Shown: in pieces, positions 31,135-37,909 of the stretch
Layout: each line of letters starts with the position of its first letter
How positions within the stretch are numbered: position 1 is the first letter of the stretch
UHGV virus genome: UHGV-0127965
Reading direction: 5' to 3' (one strand)
Source: a virus
DNA length: 37,909 bases
The notes under the pieces: generated by a model
Database searches by the model: none
The model's input: the letters and a program-made list of their open reading frames with translations, nothing else
What the model was told of the DNA's origin: nothing
Translations under genes and position numbers: made by a program

Positions 31135-33137
31135 TGAAAGTAACTGCAAACGGTAAGACATTTACCTTCCCTGATGGTACGAGCACGGAAGATATTGGCA
31201 CCGCCATTGATGAGTATTTTGCTGGACAGTCAGCGCCAACACAACAAGGTGTTCAGCAATCGCCAGCAGACAACTCACTTGCATCAGGATATGCACAGCT
31301 TGCCACTCAGCAGAAGGAAGGACTAGATCGCTCTGCTGAGCAAGGGGCTGTTTTAGGTGCTGCAATGCGCGATGCCGTTACCGGTGAAAGCCGAATGACA
31401 CCAGAAATGGAGAGACTGCAAAATGTTGGGTCTGCTCCAGAGCTTAATAGCTTAAGCACTGATGCGCTGCGTGCTGGATTGGGGCAGCTATTTGGTTCCG
31501 ACGCTTCACAGGAGAAAATACTGCAAAGTATTGGCGGGAAAATCCGGAAGGATGAGAAGGGAAATTCCATAGTCACCCTTCCTTCAGGGGAATATGCACT
31601 TAACAAGCCTGGTTTGTCACCGCAGGATATAACGTCATTCTTGGCAAATGCTCTTGCATTCACTCCAGCAGGTAGAGCTGCGTCTGTTGTAGGTGCAACA
31701 CTAAAATCAGGCGCTACTGATTTAGCTTTACAGGGTGCCACTAAGATCGCTGGCGGTGAGAATGTTAATCCAGTTCAAACTGCAATTTCTGCTGGACTTG
31801 GTGGGGTACTGAAGGGTGTAGAAAACACCGCAAGCGCAGTGTCTCGCTCTGCTATGGGTAAGATTGCTCCTGAAAAACAAGCTCAGATTGACTTTGCCAA
31901 GCAGAACAACTTGCCACTGATGACAACAGATCTTGTGGAACCGGGAACAAATATTGGTAAGCAAGCACGAGCTATGGCTGAGCGAATCCCAATAGCCGGA
32001 ACAGGTGGGATAAGAAATGCACAGCAAAAGGCCAGGGAAGATTTAGTTAGAACATTTAGCGATAATGTTGGCGGAATATCTGACGCACAACTTTACCAAT
32101 CAGCTACTCGTGGTCAGCAGCAATTTATTCAGGCTGCTGGCAAGAGGTACGACAGGATCATCAGTTTGATGGGGGATACTCCTGTTGACATCACTGGAAC
32201 AGTGAAAGCAATTGATGATCAGATTTCCAAGTTAACTCGCCCAGGAGTATCGCAAGACCGCTCAGCTGTTTCTGTCCTTCAACAGTTTAGAAATGACATC
32301 ACCAGCGGTCCAAATAACCTGCAATTAGCTAGAGAAAACCGCACAAACTTACGTAAGCGCTTTATGGCAGCACCTGACGAGGTCGATAGAGATACGCTGG
32401 AGAAAGCTGCGCAGTCTGTTTATAACGCATACACAACAGACATGAAAAAAGCGGTTGGCGCAAAACTAGGTGCGAAGGAAGCGCAAAACATGTCGCGTGT
32501 TGATCGTTCTTGGGCAAAGTTCAACGACATGATGAGCAATACACGTGTCCAAAAAGCTATTCAGAGTGGTAAAACAACGCCAGAAGATGTCACTAAACTA
32601 GTATTCAGCCAAAGCCCAGCGGAAAGGGCGCAACTTTATAGATTGCTTGATGATAGTGGGCGTCAAAATGCTAGAGCAGCACTTGTTCAGCGTGCAATGG
32701 ATAAGGCGACAAGCGATTCAGGAAAGCTTAGCGTTGAGAAGTTTATTAATGAAATGAAAAGGAATCGGAAGCAGGCTGAGACGTTCTTCAGAGGAGAGCA
32801 TGGGAAACAGCTTGATGGGATAATGAAATATCTTGATTCCACTAGACAGGCAGCTACTGCTGCCGCAAGCCCACTGACAGGGCAAATGGTAGCTGGTCCA
32901 GCAGCGCTGATAACAGCTCTTGCGTCTGTTACAAATCCAATGTTTGCAAAAGTTGCGGCAGTTGGAGCTGGTATCGGTATGGCTGGCAGGGGCTATGAGT
33001 CACGCGCGATGAGGAACGCATTACTAAAGTTAGCAAACACGCCAAAAGGAAGTACTGCTTATGATAGAGCGATCAGACGGGTATCTGAAACTCTTACACC
33101 TCTAATTCAGGCTTCAAGTGAGAAAGCCCAGCAGTAA
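31131..33137 (+). CDS. Ejection (E) protein, P22 gp16-like
   Basis: 668 aa; last gene of the ejection-protein block; ATGATG coupling to the previous gene. Confidence 0.7.
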   Translation: MMKVTANGKTFTFPDGTSTEDIGTAIDEYFAGQSAPTQQGVQQSPADNSLASGYAQLATQQKEGLDRSAEQGAVLGAAMRDAVTGESRMTPEMERLQNVGSAPELNSLSTDALRAGLGQLFGSDASQEKILQSIGGKIRKDEKGNSIVTLPSGEYALNKPGLSPQDITSFLANALAFTPAGRAASVVGATLKSGATDLALQGATKIAGGENVNPVQTAISAGLGGVLKGVENTASAVSRSAMGKIAPEKQAQIDFAKQNNLPLMTTDLVEPGTNIGKQARAMAERIPIAGTGGIRNAQQKAREDLVRTFSDNVGGISDAQLYQSATRGQQQFIQAAGKRYDRIISLMGDTPVDITGTVKAIDDQISKLTRPGVSQDRSAVSVLQQFRNDITSGPNNLQLARENRTNLRKRFMAAPDEVDRDTLEKAAQSVYNAYTTDMKKAVGAKLGAKEAQNMSRVDRSWAKFNDMMSNTRVQKAIQSGKTTPEDVTKLVFSQSPAERAQLYRLLDDSGRQNARAALVQRAMDKATSDSGKLSVEKFINEMKRNRKQAETFFRGEHGKQLDGIMKYLDSTRQAATAAASPLTGQMVAGPAALITALASVTNPMFAKVAAVGAGIGMAGRGYESRAMRNALLKLANTPKGSTAYDRAIRRVSETLTPLIQASSEKAQQ

Positions 33138-33145
33138 AAAGTTGG

Positions 33146-33490
33146 TTAGCGGTTGATGGTTGCTTTTTTCGGGTCATACCATCTCGGCCATTCTTTCAGG
33201 AATGGGAATGAGTCAGGTGCGTGGTTCTTTTTGTACGATTTAAGCAGCCTTAACCGCTCAATCGCACACTCATAAACCTCTTGTTGCCCTGTAGTCATCT
33301 CGGTCCATGAAAGGTGATCCATTGATAAGACAACGTTTTCAGCTTCTTTTATGAGGGCGTTTTTATTTCTCACCGCAGCAGCATGGCTGACAGAGCAATC
33401 CTGCCATATTCTTAAAAGCCAAATAGCCAAGCAGATGAAAAAAATGGTAGATAGCGATATATACACACCAACCTCCTTAGTTTTGAGCAT
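33146..33490 (-). CDS. Hypothetical membrane-anchored protein, 114 aa
   Basis: N-terminal hydrophobic helix (ISLSTIFFICLAIWLL); convergent with gp16; AT-rich; weak RBS. Confidence 0.45.
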   Translation of the reverse strand: MLKTKEVGVYISLSTIFFICLAIWLLRIWQDCSVSHAAAVRNKNALIKEAENVVLSMDHLSWTEMTTGQQEVYECAIERLRLLKSYKKNHAPDSFPFLKEWPRWYDPKKATINR

Positions 33491-33519
33491 GACGAAATTA
33501 ACCAGCCATCAGGCTGGTA

Positions 33520-33702
33520 TTAGTCACATTCTATTTCTTTTGTCGAGGTCCATACATAAGGGTCTGAGCAAACAACCTCACCATTTATCATGACGTCATA
33601 GCCCATTAGATATGAGTTACCACCAACAATCTGAGCGGCTATGACGCTAATGCTGGCGGCGCAGGCTGCACCAAAAACGAAACCAATTAATATATTTTTC
33701 AT
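33520..33702 (-). CDS. Hypothetical small secreted or membrane protein, 60 aa
   Basis: [24 protein letters not shown] hydrophobic N-terminus and two Cys; AT-rich; no clear SD. Confidence 0.4.
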   Translation of the reverse strand: MKNILIGFVFGAACAASISVIAAQIVGGNSYLMGYDVMINGEVVCSDPYVWTSTKEIECD

Positions 33703-33733
33703 TTTAATTACAAATAGTTATAGGATGAAAGTT

Positions 33734-33919
33734 ATGACCATAGAAGAACGTCTGAACAACATTGAGTTAAACCAAACCCTGCTTGACCAGCGCCTTTCAG
33801 ATCTTGAGCTTAAAGATCTTGATGCGCAAATATCAGAAGCAGAAGCCAAGCTCTCCAGCTTAAACCACCGTAAGAAGCAAATCCGCAATAGAATTACTCA
33901 GGGACGCGGAAGTTGTTGA
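33734..33919 (+). CDS. Hypothetical coiled-coil protein, about 61 aa
   Basis: ATG at 33734 (AGGA RBS) or 33725; opposite orientation to its neighbours. Confidence 0.35.
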   Translation: MTIEERLNNIELNQTLLDQRLSDLELKDLDAQISEAEAKLSSLNHRKKQIRNRITQGRGSC

Positions 33920-33928
33920 AATCATAGT

Positions 33929-34246
33929 CTATTTTTTCTCAGAGCTCATATTGTAATAGGTGGTATAAATAGAGATTGATTTCTGACATGCTTCAAGAAA
34001 TTGCTGCGGAGTCATCCCAAGCCTTGCTTGCTCTGTAGTAAGGAATCTCTGTAAGAATTCATTCCCACCCGGCATGTTTGTAGATTCTTGGAATATTGCC
34101 ATTTGTTTGATTGCACCACACATACCAGCCATTTTCGAAGCTATCATGAGGCCTTGTATTTCATCAAAACTGCTATCGTCTGATTTTGTTTCTGCGTTAG
34201 CTATGCTCGAGAGACACAGGAGCAATAGGATAGCGATACGTTTCAT
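33929..34246 (-). CDS. Secreted periplasmic protein, 105 aa
   Basis: Signal peptide MKRIAILLLLCLSSIANA; its ATG overlaps the TGA of the Mnt-like gene (ATGA coupling); AT-rich. Confidence 0.5.
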   Translation of the reverse strand: MKRIAILLLLCLSSIANAETKSDDSSFDEIQGLMIASKMAGMCGAIKQMAIFQESTNMPGGNEFLQRFLTTEQARLGMTPQQFLEACQKSISIYTTYYNMSSEKK

Positions 34247-34494
34247 TTTTCACCATTGCCATGCATACATTTTAACTTCTCAACATCATGCTCAAGCTCT
34301 ATCAGTCGCGATGCTATAGTTGCAAGATCTAGTGCTTGAATGTGTTTGTTTTTTTCGGTCCATGCTTCAAGTGCTGCGACCATCTCAGCATTTAATGAAC
34401 GAGAATTAGCCTCAGCCAGTTCAATAAGACGTTCCTTTATCTCTACAGGAAGCCTCAGATTCACTTGAGGGTTTTTGTACTTACGATCAGACAT
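34243..34494 (-). CDS. mnt: Mnt-like ribbon-helix-helix repressor
   Basis: N-terminal NPQVNLRLPVEIKERLIELAEANSRSLNAEMVAALE is an Arc/Mnt-type RHH motif; divergent from the Arc-like gene as in P22 immI. Confidence 0.65.
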   Translation of the reverse strand: MSDRKYKNPQVNLRLPVEIKERLIELAEANSRSLNAEMVAALEAWTEKNKHIQALDLATIASRLIELEHDVEKLKCMHGNGEK

Positions 34495-34598
34495 CGGCGC
34501 ATCCTGAATAATTTTTTACCACAGGATATGTAGGTATCTATTGACTATCAATGCGTACCTAAATACTATGTATGCGTACCACATACAAAGGAGCAAAA
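34495..34598. promoter_or_regulatory. Divergent Pant-like and Pmnt-like promoters with a partly palindromic operator
   Basis: Plus strand TTGACT (34541-46), 17 bp, TACTAT (34564-69), then an AGGAG RBS; minus strand TTGATA, 17 bp, TATCCT, with overlapping -35 hexamers; AGGTA...TTGActaTCAA...TACCT symmetry. Confidence 0.6.
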
Positions 34599-34745
34599 AT
34601 GAAAGTTAAGACATTAAGGATGCCAGAATGGCTGGAAAAGGCTTTGGAGCAGTCCGCGAAAAAGGATGATCGGTCGTTCAGTAATGAGGTATTGAGGAGA
34701 CTAAAGGAGTCAGTAGCTAAGGATGGAATTGTTTGTCCAGAATGA
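34599..34745 (+). CDS. arc: Arc-like ribbon-helix-helix repressor, 48 aa
   Basis: Not in the ORF track. MKVKTLRMPEWLEKALEQSAKKDDRSFSNEVLRRLKES is an Arc-type RHH fold; AGGAG RBS. Confidence 0.65.
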   Translation: MKVKTLRMPEWLEKALEQSAKKDDRSFSNEVLRRLKESVAKDGIVCPE

Positions 34746-34811
34746 GTAAAGCCCAAGCTATTGCGAGTAGCTCGGGCTTAAATCGCCAGTAAATTTTGAG
34801 GAAAAACTGAC

Positions 34812-35741
34812 ATGAAAAGTATAGCAACAGCAGTATCTACTATCAACGTGCCATTCCACGGCGAAGAGCTTTATGTCGTCAATCACAACGGTGAGCCGTA
34901 CACCCCAATGAAACCTATCGTTGAAGGTATGGGTATGGATTGGGCTTCACAGTTTACGAAAATAAAGCAACGGTTTAAAACCTCCATTGTGAAAATCACA
35001 ATGCAGCTTCCTGGTGATGAACAGTGCCGTGAGATTATTTGTTTGGCACTTCGCAAACTTGCTGGCTGGCTGCAAACCATCAGCCCTAACAAAGTCCGCC
35101 CTGAAATCCGCGACAAGGTAATCCAGTATCAGGAAGAGTGTGACGATGTGCTCTACGAGTACTGGACTAAAGGCCATGTAGTTAACCCACGCAAAGCTAA
35201 AAAGGCGTTGCCTGGTAAAATCACCACTGAACAGCAGGAAGCCATTAAACAACTCGTCATGAGTCGCGGTCAGTCTCTGCCAAAGGAAAAACAGGCTAAG
35301 GCGATGATCACCATGTGGTCGTCACTGAAATCCCATTTTGGATGTTCATACAAAGAAATCAGTGAGGGGCAGTTTACCGAAGCACTGTCACTTGCAGCTC
35401 GAGTTCCGCTTGAAGGTGAGTTCATTGGCAAACAAGAGAAGAAAACCAACGAGCTTTCTGCAAAAGAAGCAAACAGCCTTGTATGGTTATGGGATTATGC
35501 CAACCGCTCACAGGCATTATTCCGCGAACTGTATCCGGCGCTAAAACAAATTCAATCGAACTATTCAGGCAGATGCTACGACTACGGTCATGAGTTCTCG
35601 TATGTTATCGGAATGGCGAGAGACGTTTTAATAAACCACACACGAGATGTTGATATTAATGAACCAGACGGACCAACGAATCTTTCCGCATGGATGAGAC
35701 TTAAGAATAAAGAATTACCTCCTTCAGTACATAACTACTGA
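34812..35741 (+). CDS. ant: Antirepressor (P22 Ant-type)
   Basis: 309 aa after the Arc-like gene; N-terminus [11 protein letters not shown]...[18 protein letters not shown] resembles the P22-type antirepressor N-domain (from memory). Confidence 0.6.
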   Translation: MKSIATAVSTINVPFHGEELYVVNHNGEPYTPMKPIVEGMGMDWASQFTKIKQRFKTSIVKITMQLPGDEQCREIICLALRKLAGWLQTISPNKVRPEIRDKVIQYQEECDDVLYEYWTKGHVVNPRKAKKALPGKITTEQQEAIKQLVMSRGQSLPKEKQAKAMITMWSSLKSHFGCSYKEISEGQFTEALSLAARVPLEGEFIGKQEKKTNELSAKEANSLVWLWDYANRSQALFRELYPALKQIQSNYSGRCYDYGHEFSYVIGMARDVLINHTRDVDINEPDGPTNLSAWMRLKNKELPPSVHNY

Positions 35742-35757
35742 CAGATAACCAACGCAA

Positions 35758-35784
35758 CGACCCAGCTTCGGCTGGGTTTTTTTA
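35758..35784 (+). terminator. Intrinsic terminator after ant
   Basis: CCCAGC-TTCG-GCTGGG hairpin followed by T7. Confidence 0.75.
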
Positions 35785-35841
35785 TGCCCAAAATTCACCG
35801 TAGCCATGCTGCGGCGATTCCTTGTATCTGGAGCAAATTAA

Positions 35842-37611
35842 ATGACAGACATTACAGCCAATGTGATCGTATCGATGCCTTCGCAACTCTTCACTATGGC
35901 GCGTTCTTTTAAAGCCGTAGCCAATGGCAAAATTTATATCGGTAAAATTGACACTGACCCGGTAAATCCTGAAAACCAGATTCAGGTTTATGTGGAAAAT
36001 GAAGACGGCTCTCACATTCCCGTTTCGCAACCAATCATCATTAACGCTGCTGGTTACCCGGTATATAACGGACAGATTGCCAAATTCGTAACTGTGCAAG
36101 GCCATTCTATGGCTGTATACGATGCGTATGGAGCGCAGCAATTCTATTTTCCTAATGTGCTGAAGTATGACCCTGATCAAGCATACCCAAGATTGATTGA
36201 TGATCTGAAAAACATAGATGGAATATCTATGATAGGTGGTGGTTTATACAATGATATTAGGGAATACGCTGGTAACGGAATGGAAATAAATTGTACTGGT
36301 GGAATAGAATTTAATGATGGTTGCAGTGGTTTATTTATTCTTGATGAACGCGATAATAAAAGTGTAGACGATGGCGGAACTGTATTAGTTGATCGCTTAG
36401 GGCGTCGATGGAAACGTCAATTTGACGGAACCGCTCAACGTAGATGGTTTGGTCTGCCTGACAATGAAGGATTAACATCTGGGTGGGATTCATATGCACC
36501 ACCTCAAGAAAAGTCGCTAAAAGATGCGGTGCAAGACATAGCTGTAACTCCTGATGACGTATGTGTTAAGCATCGTGCCATAAAAGCATTCCGCAAATCA
36601 GTAGGAATTAAGGATAGTGCTGTAGCTGGAGCATTTATAGTTGGTGAGTTCCCAGAAGATTCAGATGTTGAACCCTCTGCTTCTGTTACAGGGTTTGAAT
36701 CATATGATGACATAGGAAAGTATCCAGGCAGGGATTCTGTCGCCTTATTCGCTCAGGCTGAATCTGCGCTCCCCATTGAGTTTTCTGATGGGGTGTTTAC
36801 CACGTCATCTGTAACGTCGCCCACTGTTCTAAGTGTTATCGGTAAAGTGCAGCCGGGAATGATTCTTGATGTTAACTTTGGAACCGGAGGATGGGTAGGC
36901 ACTGTCATAACGGCGGTAAACACTTCAACCGGAGAGTTAGCAATAAGTGGCTGGAGAAAAATTGACGGGACATCTTCTGCGGCAACAACGCCAGCGAATA
37001 GCACCCCGGCAGTAATAAACAGGCATAACAATTTATGGGCAGCTAACTTTAATGCCTTAACTACCCAAAATGGGGGCGCCAATCAAGCCATCGGTATTGA
37101 AACGGGGTTAAGTCTACTGAAAACAGGTACCGGCACCGGCTCAAAAGCATACTACGCGGTTAACCTTAGCAGTGGTGTTGGTGAAGACCCTCAGTATGGA
37201 TTTATGAATGGTGGAAAATTCCAGAAGATATTTTTTGCCCAACTTGCAACAGACTGTTCTTTCGAAAGCACCGCATTGGCTAGCACAACGGCTAAACATT
37301 GTAACTTCCACTCAACAGATGGTACGTCACTTTTCCGTGTCGGCTACACTGGATTGGAGGTGCAAGCTCTAGCAATTGAGTATATGACGTCAACGGGAAC
37401 TGTTAGTGAGGCTTCGGCTATTACTATAGCGACAGCGGCTGGCATTAATATCAACCTTGATGTCGCGTCACGTTATCCAGGAAGGTTGCGGAAAGTTAAA
37501 AACGCGTCAGGTGGTGCTATAACTGTTAACGGCGGAGTCGCATTGACGGACGGTATGTACGCCGAATTTATCAGCGACGGCTCCTCATGGGTAACGCTGT
37601 TTACTAAATGA
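35842..37611 (+). CDS. Tailspike: P22 gp9-like N-terminal head-binding domain fused to a different receptor-binding domain
   Basis: First 115 aa or so ([11 protein letters not shown]...[30 protein letters not shown]...[15 protein letters not shown]...LKYDPDQ) match the P22 tailspike N-domain; the remaining 470 aa do not and begin in an AT-rich stretch. Confidence 0.8.
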   Translation: MTDITANVIVSMPSQLFTMARSFKAVANGKIYIGKIDTDPVNPENQIQVYVENEDGSHIPVSQPIIINAAGYPVYNGQIAKFVTVQGHSMAVYDAYGAQQFYFPNVLKYDPDQAYPRLIDDLKNIDGISMIGGGLYNDIREYAGNGMEINCTGGIEFNDGCSGLFILDERDNKSVDDGGTVLVDRLGRRWKRQFDGTAQRRWFGLPDNEGLTSGWDSYAPPQEKSLKDAVQDIAVTPDDVCVKHRAIKAFRKSVGIKDSAVAGAFIVGEFPEDSDVEPSASVTGFESYDDIGKYPGRDSVALFAQAESALPIEFSDGVFTTSSVTSPTVLSVIGKVQPGMILDVNFGTGGWVGTVITAVNTSTGELAISGWRKIDGTSSAATTPANSTPAVINRHNNLWAANFNALTTQNGGANQAIGIETGLSLLKTGTGTGSKAYYAVNLSSGVGEDPQYGFMNGGKFQKIFFAQLATDCSFESTALASTTAKHCNFHSTDGTSLFRVGYTGLEVQALAIEYMTSTGTVSEASAITIATAAGININLDVASRYPGRLRKVKNASGGAITVNGGVALTDGMYAEFISDGSSWVTLFTK

Positions 37612-37616
37612 TAAAA

Positions 37617-37643
37617 GTTGACGCATATATAATATGCGTCAAC
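37617..37643. terminator. Perfect 27-bp palindrome, likely bidirectional terminator
   Basis: GTTGACGCATAT-ATA-ATATGCGTCAAC between the converging tailspike and the 68-aa gene; a U-tract follows only in the minus-strand direction. Confidence 0.5.
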
Positions 37644-37652
37644 AACTAAATA

Positions 37653-37859
37653 TTATCTTATCTCATTACCGTCGCCATCAATAAACTCAATGGCTGGGAA
37701 AGCTCTGTTATCAATAACAGTAATGTTGCATTTATGGCATATATATGCGTATTCAACTCCATTCGCATTTAGTAGAGTTTTTTCGCGAAACATCTCTAAA
37801 CCACAGTCGCAAAAAAGACGGCGATAAATAACTTTTACATCGCATTCTTTAACTTTCAT
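37653..37859 (-). CDS. Hypothetical Cys-rich (zinc-ribbon-like) protein, 68 aa
   Basis: AGGAG RBS; CDC...CHKC cysteine pairs; convergent with the tailspike. Confidence 0.5.
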   Translation of the reverse strand: MKVKECDVKVIYRRLFCDCGLEMFREKTLLNANGVEYAYICHKCNITVIDNRAFPAIEFIDGDGNEIR

Positions 37860-37909
37860 TGTTAACTCCTGAGTGCCGTGTTACCTGTGTAACACCTGAT
37901 TATTGTTTA

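Noticed and set aside
35782-36180. 132-aa minus-strand ORF overlapping the tailspike start
   Set aside because: Antisense to the conserved tailspike head-binding domain; no RBS.

Overview
This window is a near-complete P22-like lambdoid temperate phage or prophage, read from sequence alone with no database search; integrase, excisionase and att are not in the window. Layout: (1) 1-7840, minus strand, the pL early-left operon: lambda-type N, an AT-rich unknown gene, a tL1-like terminator, an EAKR-repeat coiled-coil protein, cIII- and Kil-like peptides, a Rad52-like annealing protein, SSB, two HNH endonucleases, Ea22-like and DUF551-like proteins. (2) 8100-9700, a phage-434-type immunity region: 434 cI and cro, ACAA-N6-TTGT operators, and lambda-type nutL and nutR. 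(3) 9770-16160, plus strand: cII, an O-like initiator with internal iterons, a DnaB-type helicase, a nin region (NinB, NinE, NinF, YbcO-like, RusA, NinH) and a Q-like antiterminator. (4) 16200-17830: a terminator, a tRNA-Asn(GUU)-like gene, lambda-S-type holin, lysozyme, Rz and Rz1. (5) 18700-33140, the P22-type late operon: small and large terminase, portal, scaffold, coat, gp4, gp10, tail needle gp26, gp14-like, and ejection proteins gp7, gp20 and gp16. (6) 33146-35741, an immI-like region: Mnt-like and Arc-like repressors, an antirepressor, and four small membrane or secreted cargo genes. (7) 35842-37611, a chimeric tailspike. No single undescribed system can be proven from sequence; the strongest candidates are the small-gene cluster at the sieA-equivalent locus, a secreted protein coupled to cI at the rex position, the AT-rich gene after N, a structured insertion in the N leader, and an HNH endonuclease island inside the late operon.
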